DNA of 64,000 nucleotides, taken from the NCBI GenBank assembly GCA_048594665.1, contig JBMDWT010000033.1:48094-112093 (forward strand), read 5' to 3'. Source of the DNA: Amaricoccus sp. GTDB taxonomy: Bacteria; Pseudomonadota; Alphaproteobacteria; Rhodobacterales; Rhodobacteraceae. The translations under genes were made by a program, and so were the position numbers. The notes beneath the pieces were generated by a model, which had not been told where the DNA came from, searched no databases, and was given only the letters and a program-made list of their open reading frames with translations. Below, in pieces: positions 30,252 to 40,583 of this stretch (the first letter of the stretch is position 1; each line of letters starts with the position of its first letter).

Positions 30252-30947
30252 ATGCGACCGCGTCACTCCGAACATCATCTCGTCTCGCGGATCGGTTGGC
30301 TCCGGGCGGCTGTGCTGGGGGCGAATGACGGGATCCTCTCGACCGGCAGCCTGATCGTCGGGGTCGCGGCGGCGGCCAATTCCGCCAGCGAAGTCCTGAT
30401 CGCAGGCGTCGCAGGCCTGGTCGCGGGAGCCTTTTCCATGGCGGCGGGGGAATATGTCTCGGTCAGCTCCCAGTCGGATACCGAACGGGCCGACCTCGCC
30501 CGCGAGAAACTGGAGCTCGAAACCCAACCCCGGGAGGAACGGGCCGAACTCGCGGCGATCTATGTGAAACGGGGCCTGACCCCCGAACTCGCCGACGCGG
30601 TGGCGGGGCAGTTGATGGCCAAGGACGCGCTCGGGGCCCATGCGCGGGACGAACTGGGGATCTCCGAAATCTCGACGGCCCGGCCGATCCAGGCGGCGCT
30701 GACCTCGGCCGCCACCTTCGCGGCGGGGGCGGCGATGCCGCTCCTGACGGTTCTGATCGCCCCCAAGGACTGGCTCGGGCTCGCCGTCTCCCTGGCCTCG
30801 CTGCTGGCTCTGGCCCTGCTGGGGGCGATCGGGGCGCATTTTGGCGGGGCGGGGGTCTTCAAGGCCATGGCGAGGGTCACCTTCTGGGGCGCGCTCGCCA
30901 TGGGCTGCTCGGCGGGGATCGGGGCGCTGGTCGGACGGGCGGTCTGA
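30252..30947 (+). CDS. VIT1/CCC1 family transporter
   Basis: LRAAVLGANDGI, SMAAGEYVSVSSQ, AHARDELG. Confidence 0.92.
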   Translation: MRPRHSEHHLVSRIGWLRAAVLGANDGILSTGSLIVGVAAAANSASEVLIAGVAGLVAGAFSMAAGEYVSVSSQSDTERADLAREKLELETQPREERAELAAIYVKRGLTPELADAVAGQLMAKDALGAHARDELGISEISTARPIQAALTSAATFAAGAAMPLLTVLIAPKDWLGLAVSLASLLALALLGAIGAHFGGAGVFKAMARVTFWGALAMGCSAGIGALVGRAV

Positions 30948-30988
30948 TCTTGACCCGGCCCTGATTTCGGGCTAACCGGAGCGGACAG

Positions 30989-31062
30989 GCGGGTGTAGCT
31001 CAATGGTAGAGCTTTTGCTTCCCAAGCAAGTGACGAGGGTTCGATTCCCTTCACCCGCTCCA
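30989..31062 (+). tRNA. tRNA-Gly (CCC)
   Basis: GCGGGTG/CACCCGC acceptor stem, anticodon loop TTCCCAA, GGTTCGATTCC T-arm, encoded CCA; 74 nt. Confidence 0.95.
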
Positions 31063-31376
31063 TTCCCCTGAAAATCTCGGATCCAGTACCGCGCCGCGAT
31101 CTGTCCGCGCTCGGGCATAGGATTAAGCTGTTGATTTCAATGGATTATCCCCCATGGCGCTGTCCGGGACGCATCGGCGTCGCGCGGACAGACACAAGCG
31201 GGCATCCGGGAAAGACCGAAGGCCGGGAGGCAAGGCCCGCCAATGTGGGAAGACCTATCCCTCGAAGGGTCTTTGACCTGAGGATATTGAGGCGAAATGG
31301 CCCCCCGGGGACAAAACCCCAGAAGCGACGGGATCAGTCGCGGGCGCCTGTCCTGTGTCTGTCCGGAAAGGGAATC

Positions 31377-31814
31377 ATGCGGGTTTATCTGTCCACCGCC
31401 TTGATTTACGCGGGCGCCGCCCTCGCGGAAATTGTCGGGTGCTTCGCCTTCTGGGCATGGCTTCGCCTCGGCAAATCCGCATGGTGGGTCCTGCCGGGTC
31501 TCGCCGGGCTGATCGCCTTCGCTACGCTGCTCACCCTCGCGCCAAGCGACCATGCCGGACGGGCCTACGCAGCATAGATCGGACGATCTGACTGCGCCGG
31601 ATCGTCCGATCCATGACTTTGTTTTGTCACGATTTCTTAATCCGCAGGTGATCCACCTGCCTGGAAATCGCTCTATGGCGGCGTCTATATCGCGGCCTCC
31701 GTCCTGTGGTCCTGGCTGGCCGAGGGGAGCCCCCCTGACCGCTGGGACATGATCGGCGCGGGGCTGGCATTGGTCGCGGCGGCGATCATCCTCTTTGCCC
31801 CCCGCGCCGCTTGA
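31377..31814 (+). pseudogene. ynfA: YnfA/UPF0060 (SMR-like) gene interrupted by an insertion
   Basis: [17 protein letters not shown]...GRAYAA (31377-31574), then TAG; same frame resumes at 31674 YGGVYIAASVLW...PDRWD...FAPRAA*; the halves total 112 aa. Confidence 0.85.
31575..31675. mobile_element. 97-bp non-coding double-hairpin insertion flanked by TA (MITE/REPIN-like)
   Basis: TA at 31575-76 and 31674-75; hairpin gatcggacgatc/gatcgtccgatc, then a copy of the 21738-21899 repeat unit at 31630-31671. Confidence 0.6.
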
Positions 31815-31962
31815 TGTTCACAGGAGCCTGTCGGAGCTTCGGAGGTGAGAGCGCGATCCGACCGGAATGAAACGAGGATCGGACAGATTGTGCATCAAAT
31901 CATAGAGCTGGAGCGCGCGACCTGACCCCGCCGGGCCGGAACGCGCGAGAGCGGAGGAGAAG

Positions 31963-32589
31963 TCAGGAGGACGGGGCGTTCGGCTGGTCGCTTGCAATCC
32001 GGGCCGGGCGGCCTTCGAGGCGCAGGACGCGGGTGGCGAGGCGTCGGGCCTCGGTTTCGGAATGGGTCACGATCACCGTCGCCGTCGCCCGGGGGGCGAG
32101 AAGGCGCGCGGTCAGGGCCAGCATCTCCTCGACCAGAGCCGCGTCGAGCGAGACGAAAGGTTCGTCCATCAGCAACAGATCCGGATCGGCGGCGAGGGCC
32201 CGGGCCAGGGCGAGGCGGCGTTGCTGGCCCAGCGACAATTGGCCGGGCAGGGCGGGCCCGCGGCCCCCGAGCCCGACTTCGCCCAGCAGGCGGTCGGCGA
32301 CCTCCGCCGTCGCGCCGGTCGCAAGACGGATATTGTCCCGCGCCGAGCGCCAAGGCAGCAGAGTGGGTTCCTGAAACACCATCGCGGCGCGGGGCGGGCG
32401 CTGGATGTCGCCGGTGAAATCCTCGTCGAGACCGGCGAGGATGCGCAGGAGAGTGGTCTTGCCGATGCCGGAGGGGCCGGTCAGGGCGACGACCTCGCGC
32501 GGGGCGAGCGAGAGGGAGAGCGGGCCGAGGATCGGCGTCTGTCCGAAACTTTTCCCGCGCAGGGCCAGGGTGATCACGGGCGGCGCCAT
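31963..32589 (-). CDS. ABC transporter ATP-binding protein (NitT/TauT type)
   Basis: GPSGIGKTT, VFQEPTLLPW, LSLGQQRR, LLLMDEPF. Confidence 0.9.
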   Translation of the reverse strand: MAPPVITLALRGKSFGQTPILGPLSLSLAPREVVALTGPSGIGKTTLLRILAGLDEDFTGDIQRPPRAAMVFQEPTLLPWRSARDNIRLATGATAEVADRLLGEVGLGGRGPALPGQLSLGQQRRLALARALAADPDLLLMDEPFVSLDAALVEEMLALTARLLAPRATATVIVTHSETEARRLATRVLRLEGRPARIASDQPNAPSS

Positions 32590-33338
32590 GCGCTCACCGC
32601 CTTTTCCCAGGGCCGGAAGATCAGCGCTTCGATCAGGAGCATCACCGCCACGAAGGAGAGCGCATAGACGAGCACCATTCCGACATCGAACAGCTGGAAA
32701 TAAAGGTGGATCTGGAAGCCGACGCCGTTCGAGCGGCCGAGGAATTCGACGACAAGCACGATCTTCCAGATCAGCGAAATGCCCGAGCGGCCAGCGGCGA
32801 CCCCATAGGGCGCAAGCTGCGGTATGACGACATGGCGCAGGCGGGCGCGGCGCGACATGCGAAAGACCCGCGCCATGTCGTCGAGCCGGGGATCGAGAGC
32901 GCGCGCCCCCTCGCGGATGGTGACGACGACCGTCGGGATCTTGTTGGCGGCGACCGCGAGCACGGCGGCGGTCTCGTTGAGGCCGATCCAGAGATAGGCG
33001 AGCACGATCGTCACCAGCGCCGGAAGGTTGAGGAACACCGTGAGCCAGGGGTCGAGCCAGCGGTCGGCGCGCCGGTTCCGGCCCATCAGAAGGCCGATGG
33101 CAAGGCCGAGGCTCATCGCCAGGGCGAAGGAGAGCAGGACGCGGGTCAGGGTCGCGGCGAGGTTGGCGAAGAGCGCGCCCGAGGCCGCCTCGCGCAGCAT
33201 CAGGGGTCCGACGACCCAGGGACCGGGCAGCAGGCGGGGATTGGTCTGGAGGAGGGCTGCGACCGACCAGAGGGCGAGGAGCGCCGCGATGGAGGCCGCG
33301 GCGATCCAGCGATCGGTGTCAGGTTCCCGGTTGGACAA
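32574..33338 (-). CDS. ABC transporter permease (NitT/TauT type)
   Basis: TLTRVLLSF, REGARALD EAA-like loop, WKIVLVVEFLG; probable TTG start at 33338. Confidence 0.88.
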   Translation of the reverse strand: MSNREPDTDRWIAAASIAALLALWSVAALLQTNPRLLPGPWVVGPLMLREAASGALFANLAATLTRVLLSFALAMSLGLAIGLLMGRNRRADRWLDPWLTVFLNLPALVTIVLAYLWIGLNETAAVLAVAANKIPTVVVTIREGARALDPRLDDMARVFRMSRRARLRHVVIPQLAPYGVAAGRSGISLIWKIVLVVEFLGRSNGVGFQIHLYFQLFDVGMVLVYALSFVAVMLLIEALIFRPWEKAVSAWRRP

Positions 33339-34293
33339 AGAGACCTTTCGGGAGGGTTGTCGCGGTGCCGACGAGTTCCGCGCCGCCGATGCGGGCCATG
33401 AGGACGAGCATGTCGTTGGCGGCCTTTTCATTCACGGGGCCGGGATCGGGGATTCCGGCGATGAAGCCAGCCTTGAGGGCTTCGAACTCCTCGTCATTCG
33501 CCGCGTTCATCATCGGGCGCAGGCGATCCCAGGCGGTGGGATCCTTGGCCAGCAGCGCCTTGGCCTCGCGTGAGGCATTGGCGAGACCGGAGACGATTTC
33601 AGGATGCTCACGCTGAAGATCGCCGCGCAGGACATAGCCGAGCAGGGGCGTGGCGGGGTCGAGGCCGAGCGCGGTGGCGGCGGTATCGACGCTGATCAGT
33701 TCGCGCATGCCGGCGACTTTCATCTTGGCGAGGAAGTGCCAGAAGTTGATCGCCCCGGCGACCTGTCCGATCTCTCCGACTTCCGCGATCAGGGGCGGGG
33801 CCCCGAAGACCTGTTCGGTTTCGGCCTTAAGGTCGAAGCCGTACTCCTTCTGGGCATAGGCGCGCAGCAGGATCCAGCTCTTGTCGAGCGGGCCGCCGGC
33901 CACGCCGATCGAGTGGCCCTTGAGATCCTGAAGGGTTTTGGCCTCGCTGAACTCGGGGACCATCAGTCCGCCGACCGCCTTGGAATAGGGGATGAAGATG
34001 AAGTCATCGCCAGCCGCGCGTTGGCGCGCCACCCAGATCCAGTCCGAGACGATGGCATCGGCCTCTTTGCCCTGAAAGGCGATCTGGGCCGCCGGACCGG
34101 CGGCGACATCCATGATTTCGAGGGTAAAGCCGTTGGCCTCGTCGAGTTTGTTGGCCTTGATCGTGTCCAGTTCCCAGTTCACGGTGCCGGACTTCTGCGA
34201 GGCGATCCTCAGGACTGGCGGCGCCGCCATGACTCCCGCGCTTGTCAGTGTCGCGATCGCGAGGCATGCCGCGAACATGCCGATGCGCATCAT
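33319..34293 (-). CDS. ABC transporter substrate-binding protein (NitT/TauT type)
   Basis: Signal peptide, SGTVNWELDTI, VSDWIWVARQR, GVAGGPLDKSW, FGAPP. Confidence 0.88.
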   Translation of the reverse strand: MMRIGMFAACLAIATLTSAGVMAAPPVLRIASQKSGTVNWELDTIKANKLDEANGFTLEIMDVAAGPAAQIAFQGKEADAIVSDWIWVARQRAAGDDFIFIPYSKAVGGLMVPEFSEAKTLQDLKGHSIGVAGGPLDKSWILLRAYAQKEYGFDLKAETEQVFGAPPLIAEVGEIGQVAGAINFWHFLAKMKVAGMRELISVDTAATALGLDPATPLLGYVLRGDLQREHPEIVSGLANASREAKALLAKDPTAWDRLRPMMNAANDEEFEALKAGFIAGIPDPGPVNEKAANDMLVLMARIGGAELVGTATTLPKGLFVQPGT

Positions 34294-34392
34294 TTTCGTG
34301 CTCCTCCCATTTTTATCCCGAACCTTACATTCGATCGGGTTCCGACAGTATGCGACGAAGGGCCAACCCGTGTCACGGGCGACTTCGCCCCG

Positions 34393-35364
34393 TCAGGGGT
34401 GGGCGGTGTTCGCCTCTTCCAGGAAGGTGGTATCTATGCCCTCGGTCCAGGCGAGGGGGCTGAAGATGTCGCGGCGGAAGGCGCAGTTCAGGGCGGTGAG
34501 CACGCGAAAGCGGCTCCGGGACAGGCCATAGAGTTCGGTGAATATGGCGCGGGAGGCGGCGTCTCCCTGCGCGAAAGCGGCGGCGATGGCGCGCATCTGG
34601 GACTTGCGGGTTCCGGAAAGGTTGCTTACCTCGGTTTCGCCATTGATCCGGCGGAGCCATTTCTGTTTCCAGCGGTCATAGGCGATCGCGTCGAAATGTC
34701 CGACATACATTTCGGACCCCGCGTGCCCGAGGCTCGCGGCCCAGACGGAAATGAGTTTGTCGTTGCGTTCGGCGGTGTGGTTGCTGATCCTGGAGTAGCG
34801 GCGGTTGGTGCGTACGAACTGTTTGCCAGCGATATGCCCGGCCAGTCCATTGCGCAGATAGGGCGTGATCTTGCCATAGATCAGGCGTCGTGTGAACCGC
34901 CAGACCAGATCATTGCGCCAGACGAGCCGGAAATAGCTGCTTCCGTAGGGGGTGTTGATATCGTCCCCGGGGCCCCAGACCGCCTCCGCCGTCGGGAGCC
35001 GGACCGAATCGACATTTTCCGGCAGCCAGTCGAGGAATTGGGCGACCGGGCGGTCTCCGAAGACGAATTCGTCGGCATCCACCACCAGCATCCATTCGGT
35101 CTGGCAGGCCATCTGGCCTTCCCTGTAGACGGCGTATTGACGCTCCTCGATGCCGGCGGGCCTGCCGCCCCGGCTGTTCCAGAAGTCGTCGTCGCATTCC
35201 GTGATCGTCACATCCTCGGCCCGGAGATCCGAGAGCTGGTCAGTCGGACCGTCATGGTAGATGTGCATATGCCCAGCGCCGAGAGCCCGGTAATACTTAA
35301 TAAACTGGGCAACGACCGCGGGATCCTCTTTCATCAGAGAAACCGTTGAAAACAGACTGTTCAC
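34393..35364 (-). CDS. Glycosyltransferase (GT2-like, Glyco_tranf_2_4 type)
   Basis: FIKYYRALGAGHMHIYHD, WMLVVDADEF DxD motif, GKQF, HF motif. Confidence 0.7.
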   Translation of the reverse strand: MNSLFSTVSLMKEDPAVVAQFIKYYRALGAGHMHIYHDGPTDQLSDLRAEDVTITECDDDFWNSRGGRPAGIEERQYAVYREGQMACQTEWMLVVDADEFVFGDRPVAQFLDWLPENVDSVRLPTAEAVWGPGDDINTPYGSSYFRLVWRNDLVWRFTRRLIYGKITPYLRNGLAGHIAGKQFVRTNRRYSRISNHTAERNDKLISVWAASLGHAGSEMYVGHFDAIAYDRWKQKWLRRINGETEVSNLSGTRKSQMRAIAAAFAQGDAASRAIFTELYGLSRSRFRVLTALNCAFRRDIFSPLAWTEGIDTTFLEEANTAHP

Positions 35365-35638
35365 CCAAAACCACCACTTCTTTTACAACAACATTCGCAG
35401 GCTTCGAACAGTCCAGGCGTATGTCGCCGCGTTTGACTCGTCCGGCGAGGGGAGATTCGCCGTCGATCGAGCCTGGATCAAACGCGGCCGCGGTGATCTG
35501 CTCGAATATGCTTCTCTCCTGTTTACCGTCCCGCGCGCGTTTCAGCCAGAAGGTTTGTCGCCTTGACGGCGCATTTGCATCATCCCTCCGGTGAAACGGC
35601 CCGGGCAAGGCAGTTGGTTACCCCCCGGGCCCAAATTT

Positions 35639-36091
35639 TCAGCGTGATCCGTCTGAATCGGGAACCCCCGATTGCGCCGCGAGGAGCGAAAGCGTCAGGG
35701 AATCAGACTTGCCGTCGAAGAATACATCCAGCGTACTCTGGAAAACGGGGCGATCGGGCGCGGCGGCGGCGAAGAGCGTCATGCAAGAGTGGAATTTCAA
35801 GGCATCCACTTGTCCGAAAATCGCCTGAATCGTCCGGTCCGGATGTCGCAGGACCAGATCGCTCGCCTCCCCAAGCCGCGGCCCGAGCAGGGGATGGGCG
35901 AGATAGTCGCGGGCCTCCCCGAGGCCGGCAAGGGCATAGCGGACGGACATGCCACTCCGCCCAAGACCCAGCAGTTGCGGAAAGATGAACCACATCCAGT
36001 GACTGCGCTTCTGTCCGGCGGCGAGTTCCGCCGTGACCGAGGACCAGACCGGGGCCTGGGCGGTTACGAAACGATCCAGATCGGTTTTCAT
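35639..36091 (-). CDS. DUF1810 family protein
   Basis: LDRFVTAQ, GQKRSHWMWFIFPQ, YLAHPLLGPRL, KFHSCMTLF. Confidence 0.88.
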   Translation of the reverse strand: MKTDLDRFVTAQAPVWSSVTAELAAGQKRSHWMWFIFPQLLGLGRSGMSVRYALAGLGEARDYLAHPLLGPRLGEASDLVLRHPDRTIQAIFGQVDALKFHSCMTLFAAAAPDRPVFQSTLDVFFDGKSDSLTLSLLAAQSGVPDSDGSR

Positions 36092-36651
36092 CGCGACCCC
36101 GCCAGCCGCCGGGTTTCGGCGTCGACGGGTGCGCGCAGCGCGGCGATCAGGGGATGGGCGGCGGTATGCGACTGGCCATATTCAAGATTGAAGGCATAGT
36201 CGAAATCCGGCGGATTGGCCCCTTGTGTATGCTGAAGCACGGTTTCCAGCCGGTCGAGGCCCTTGGCCAGACGCGACGCAGGCGTTCGCAAGGCGTTGTA
36301 TTCCTCCCAGAGCCCAAGCAGGCGATCCCTCGCCGGGCCGGGCAGGGAGGCGAGCAGGCCCAGAAGATCCGCCCGCTCATCGGCGGTCTTGTCGCCGGTT
36401 TGCAAAGGCGCGGGAATGTCGCCGCCGACCGCCTCGGCCAGGTCATGCACCACCAGAAGGCGCAGGAGATGGCCGACATCGATCCCCGGCAGGTCATCCT
36501 CCAGGGCCACGGCCATCAGGCACAGCCGCCAGCTGTGCTCGGCCGTGCTTTCCGGTCGGCCGCCGCTGGTGAAGCCGCTGCGCATCGTGTCCTTCAGCGC
36601 CTCGGCGGCGCGAAAGAAGGTCAGGTAGGCGTCGATCTGTTCAGGTGACAT
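36088..36651 (-). CDS. HD-domain hydrolase (YfbR/HDDC2-like)
   Basis: ESTAEHSWRL, VHDLAE...GD, KGLDRLE; start MSPEQID at 36651. Confidence 0.85.
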   Translation of the reverse strand: MSPEQIDAYLTFFRAAEALKDTMRSGFTSGGRPESTAEHSWRLCLMAVALEDDLPGIDVGHLLRLLVVHDLAEAVGGDIPAPLQTGDKTADERADLLGLLASLPGPARDRLLGLWEEYNALRTPASRLAKGLDRLETVLQHTQGANPPDFDYAFNLEYGQSHTAAHPLIAALRAPVDAETRRLAGSR

Positions 36652-36685
36652 CCTTGCACCCTTCGCGGCGGCCCCGGCGGGCGTT

Positions 36686-39433
36686 TCAGACCTTGCCGTG
36701 GCAGTGCTTGTATTTCTTGCCCGAACCGCAGGGGCAGGGATCGTTGCGTCCGCTGCGGGCCCAGGTCGCGGGATCGTTGGCATCGACCCCCCCCATCGCC
36801 GAGAGGCCGACCGGCGCCGGAGCCGCCCCGACCTCGGCCATCGCGGGTTCCCGCGGCGCCGGAGCCGGAGCCGGGACCGGCTGCGCGGCGGCGGCGGCCT
36901 GCTGGGCACGGGTTTGCATCTCGGCGATCATCGCCTGCTGTTCCTCGACGGTCATGACCTGCACATGCGCGAGCATCCGCGTCACTTCCACCCGGAGCTT
37001 GTTCAGGAGCCCCTCGAAAAGCTGGAACGCCTCCGACTTGTATTCGTTCAGCGGATCGCGCTGGGCGTAGCCGCGGAAGCCGACGACGCTGCGCAGATGG
37101 TCGAGCGTCACCAGATGGTCGCGCCAGTTCTGGTCGATGGTCTGGAGCAGAACCTGCTTTTCGATCGAGCGCATGGTTTCCTCGCCATAGCGGGCGAGTT
37201 TCTCGATCATCTTCGCATCGGCGGCGGTGGTCAGGCGCTCGCGGATCGCCTCGTCATCGACCCCTTCCTCCTCGGCCCAGGCCGGAACCGGCAGGTCGAG
37301 ATTGAAGATCTGGCTGACCTTCTCCCTCAACCCCTCCACATCCCATTGGTCGGCATAGGCGCGGGCGGGAATATGCTCGGTCACCAGATCGTCGATGACC
37401 TGATGGCGCATGTCGTCCACCACCTCGGACAGATCCGCCGATTCCATGATCTCGCGGCGCTGGGCAAAGATCGCCTTGCGCTGGTCGTTCATCACGTCGT
37501 CGAATTTCAGCAGGTTCTTGCGGATGTCGAAGTTGCGCGCCTCGACCTTGCCCTGGGCCTTTTCCAATGCCTTGTTCACCCAAGGGTGAATGATCGCCTC
37601 GCCCTCCTTCATGCCCAGCCGGTGCAGCATGGTGTCGAGCCGGTCCGAGCCGAAGATCCGCATCAGATCGTCTTCGAGGCTGAGATAGAAATTGGTGCGC
37701 CCCGGGTCGCCCTGACGCCCCGAGCGGCCCCGGAGCTGGTTGTCGATGCGGCGGCTCTCGTGGCGCTCGGTGGCCAGAACATAGAGCCCGCCCGCCTCCA
37801 GCGCGCGTTGCTTGCGCTCGGCGACCTCCACCTCGACCCGGGCGCGGATCGCGGCGGGATCGGTGCCTTCCTCATCCTGTTCGAGCGCGTCGATCACATG
37901 CATCTCGACATTGCCGCCGAGCTGGATGTCGGTTCCGCGGCCCGCCATGTTGGTGGCGATCGTCACGGCGCCCGGCACGCCCGCCTCGGCGATGATCCGG
38001 GCTTCCTGCTCGTGATAGCGCGCGTTCAGAACATTGTGCGGAACGCCGGCGGCCTTGAGCAGGCCGGACAGCATTTCGGATTTCTCGATCGAGGTCGTCC
38101 CGACGAGGATCGGCTGGCCCGCCTTGTGCGCCCGCCCGATCTCCTCGACGATGGCGGCGTATTTTTCCTTGGCGCTGCGAAAGACCTGGTCGTCGTTGTC
38201 CTTGCGGATCACCGGCTTGTTGGTCGGGATTTCCACCACGCCGAGCTTGTAGATTTCAAAGAATTCCTCCGCCTCGGTGGCGGCGGTGCCGGTCATGCCG
38301 GCGAGCTTCTCATAGAGACGGAAGTAGTTCTGGAAGGTCACCGAGGCGAGGGTGACGTTTTCCGGGCGGATCGGCACGCCCTCCTTGGCCTCGATCGCCT
38401 GATGCAGGCCCTCGGACAGGCGCCGGCCCGTCATCATGCGGCCGGTGAATTCGTCGATCAGCATCACCTCGTCGCCGCGGACGATATAATCCTTGTCGCG
38501 CTTGAAGAGCACATGCGCCTTGAGCGCCTGCGTCACATGATGGACGATGGTGGTGCTCTCGGGGTCGTAGAGCGAATCCTCGGGTTTCAGCAGCCCCAGT
38601 TCATGCAGGCGCTGTTCAAGAAATTCGTTGCCTTCCTCGGTCAGCGTGGTGGTGCGCTGTTTTTCATCGAGATCGTAATGGGCGGCGGTCAGTTCCGGGA
38701 TCACCCGGTCGATGGTCGAATAGAGTTCGGAGCGGTCCTGGCTCGGCCCCGAAATGATCAGCGGCGTGCGCGCCTCGTCGATCAGGATCGAGTCCACCTC
38801 GTCGACGATGGCGAAATAGTGATCGCGCTGGAGCACCTGGCTCAGTTCCGACTTCATGTTGTCGCGCAGATAGTCGAAGCCGAGTTCGTTGTTGGTGGCA
38901 TAGGTCACGTCGGCGTCGTAGGCGATCTTCTTGTCGGGCTCGGTCATGCCGGGGACGACCACCCCCACCGACAGGCCGAGGAAGTGATAGACCTTGGCCA
39001 TCCATTCCGCGTCGCGTTTGGCGAGATAGTCGTTGACGGTGACGACATGCACGCCGCGCCCGGTCAGCGCGTTGAGATAGACGGGCAGGGTGGCCATGAG
39101 GGTCTTGCCCTCGCCGGTCTTCATCTCGGATATGTTGCCCTGATGGAGGAAGATCCCACCGATCAGCTGGACATCGAAGGGGCGCAGGCCGAGGGCGCGA
39201 TGCGCCGCCTCGCGTGCGTTGGCAAAGGCTTCGGGGAGCAGGTCGTCGAGGGTTTCGCCCTTTTGAAGGCGCTCCTTGAATTCCGCGGTCTTGGCCCGGA
39301 TCCCCTCGGCGGACAGCGCCTTGAATTCCGGCTCAAGGGCATTTATGCGCTCGACTATCGGGCGCGTTGCCTTGACTCTGCGATCGTTCGGTGTCCCGAA
39401 GACCTTTCGGGCAATGTTGCCTAATCCAAGCAT
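36686..39433 (-). CDS. secA: Preprotein translocase SecA
   Basis: [45 protein letters not shown]-terminal [13 protein letters not shown]. Confidence 0.99.
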   Translation of the reverse strand: MLGLGNIARKVFGTPNDRRVKATRPIVERINALEPEFKALSAEGIRAKTAEFKERLQKGETLDDLLPEAFANAREAAHRALGLRPFDVQLIGGIFLHQGNISEMKTGEGKTLMATLPVYLNALTGRGVHVVTVNDYLAKRDAEWMAKVYHFLGLSVGVVVPGMTEPDKKIAYDADVTYATNNELGFDYLRDNMKSELSQVLQRDHYFAIVDEVDSILIDEARTPLIISGPSQDRSELYSTIDRVIPELTAAHYDLDEKQRTTTLTEEGNEFLEQRLHELGLLKPEDSLYDPESTTIVHHVTQALKAHVLFKRDKDYIVRGDEVMLIDEFTGRMMTGRRLSEGLHQAIEAKEGVPIRPENVTLASVTFQNYFRLYEKLAGMTGTAATEAEEFFEIYKLGVVEIPTNKPVIRKDNDDQVFRSAKEKYAAIVEEIGRAHKAGQPILVGTTSIEKSEMLSGLLKAAGVPHNVLNARYHEQEARIIAEAGVPGAVTIATNMAGRGTDIQLGGNVEMHVIDALEQDEEGTDPAAIRARVEVEVAERKQRALEAGGLYVLATERHESRRIDNQLRGRSGRQGDPGRTNFYLSLEDDLMRIFGSDRLDTMLHRLGMKEGEAIIHPWVNKALEKAQGKVEARNFDIRKNLLKFDDVMNDQRKAIFAQRREIMESADLSEVVDDMRHQVIDDLVTEHIPARAYADQWDVEGLREKVSQIFNLDLPVPAWAEEEGVDDEAIRERLTTAADAKMIEKLARYGEETMRSIEKQVLLQTIDQNWRDHLVTLDHLRSVVGFRGYAQRDPLNEYKSEAFQLFEGLLNKLRVEVTRMLAHVQVMTVEEQQAMIAEMQTRAQQAAAAAQPVPAPAPAPREPAMAEVGAAPAPVGLSAMGGVDANDPATWARSGRNDPCPCGSGKKYKHCHGKV

Positions 39434-39719
39434 CGACTGTCGTCCTTAAACCCCATGGCACGCCGCCGTTGCGTCGGGCCGTCCTCGTTCCCAGGCGTCA
39501 ACCAGCCCACCGAAATGTCATGACGGGGGCGCTTGTTCACTGGCGCCTAACGGTCTAAACCTGCGCCCTGCGCGATCCAGCGACCATCTACCGGCTAGGG
39601 ATGTAAGCGGAGCGGTCGTGCCTGTCAACGGCGCCTCCCGGGCCAAGAGGGTCCGGCCGGGCAGCTTTGGTAAAGGGATGCGCGGCCCCTCGGGGGGTTG
39701 GCGTGAACAGGAGAACTTG

Positions 39720-40571
39720 ATGCGCAGGATTTTCATCGCCGGGCTACTGGCCGGCTCGGCACTGGTCTCGCCCGTCCTGGCCGCGGATGCCGCCTATGAT
39801 GCATCGACCGTGCTGGCGACGGTGAATGGCACGAAGATCACCTTGGGCAATATCATCGTGATGCGCGAGCGTCTTCCCGAGCAGTATCAGCAGTTGCCGG
39901 ACGAGACATTGATGAACGGTATTCTTCAGCAGCTGATCGATCAGTCGCTGCTGGCCGACACCATTTCGAAATCGCCGGAGACCGACCCGCTGTCGATCAA
40001 GCTGCATCTGGAAAACGAGCGGCGCGGCGCCCTGGCGGGCGATGTCGCGGCCGCCAAGATGGCGGAGCCGGTCGACGACGCGGCCATCAAGGCCGCCTAT
40101 GAGAAGTCCATCGCCGATTTCAAACCGGTCCCGGAGTTCGACGCATCGCATATTCTCGTGAAGACCGAGGAGGAGGCGAACAAGCTTCTGGCGGAGATCA
40201 AGGGCGGGGCGGATTTCGCGACCGTCGCCAAGGCGAATTCGACGGACGGATCGGCGCAGGCGGGTGGCGAGCTCGGCTGGTTCAGCGAGGGCCAGATGGT
40301 GCCCGAGTTCGAGGCCGCGGTGGTGAAGCTGACGCCCGGCGAGGTGGCCGGTCCGATCAAGACGCAATTCGGCTGGCATATCATCAAGCTGAACGCCAAG
40401 CGTGACAGCGCGCCCCCCGCGCTCGACACGGTGCGTCCGCAGATCGAGGCGCAGCTGCATCAGGAGGCGCTGAAGTCCGAGATCGATAGCCTGCGCGGGC
40501 AGGCCAAGATCGAGATGAACCCGGCGACCATTCCGGCCACCGCGATCCGCGACGTGAAACTGGTCCAGTAA
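39720..40571 (+). CDS. PpiC/parvulin-type peptidyl-prolyl isomerase
   Basis: Signal peptide, ASHILV, GGELGWF, MVPEF, TQFGWHII. Confidence 0.92.
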   Translation: MRRIFIAGLLAGSALVSPVLAADAAYDASTVLATVNGTKITLGNIIVMRERLPEQYQQLPDETLMNGILQQLIDQSLLADTISKSPETDPLSIKLHLENERRGALAGDVAAAKMAEPVDDAAIKAAYEKSIADFKPVPEFDASHILVKTEEEANKLLAEIKGGADFATVAKANSTDGSAQAGGELGWFSEGQMVPEFEAAVVKLTPGEVAGPIKTQFGWHIIKLNAKRDSAPPALDTVRPQIEAQLHQEALKSEIDSLRGQAKIEMNPATIPATAIRDVKLVQ

Positions 40572-40583
40572 GGGCGAGGCGCG

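Noticed and set aside
31190-31376. Guanidine riboswitch upstream of the SMR-like ynfA
   Set aside because: Short hairpins are present, but there are no paired ACGR loops or other guanidine-I/III consensus.
31063-36651. Integrative element at tRNA-Gly
   Set aside because: No integrase and no duplicated tRNA 3' end; the 12-bp match cttcacccgctc near 40762 is inside argJ and coincidental.
36698-39424. 908-aa ORF antisense to secA (similar long ORFs lie opposite ilvD, fadH, the ASKHA gene and hemH)
   Set aside because: Antisense shadows of clearly identified genes, typical of high-GC DNA.
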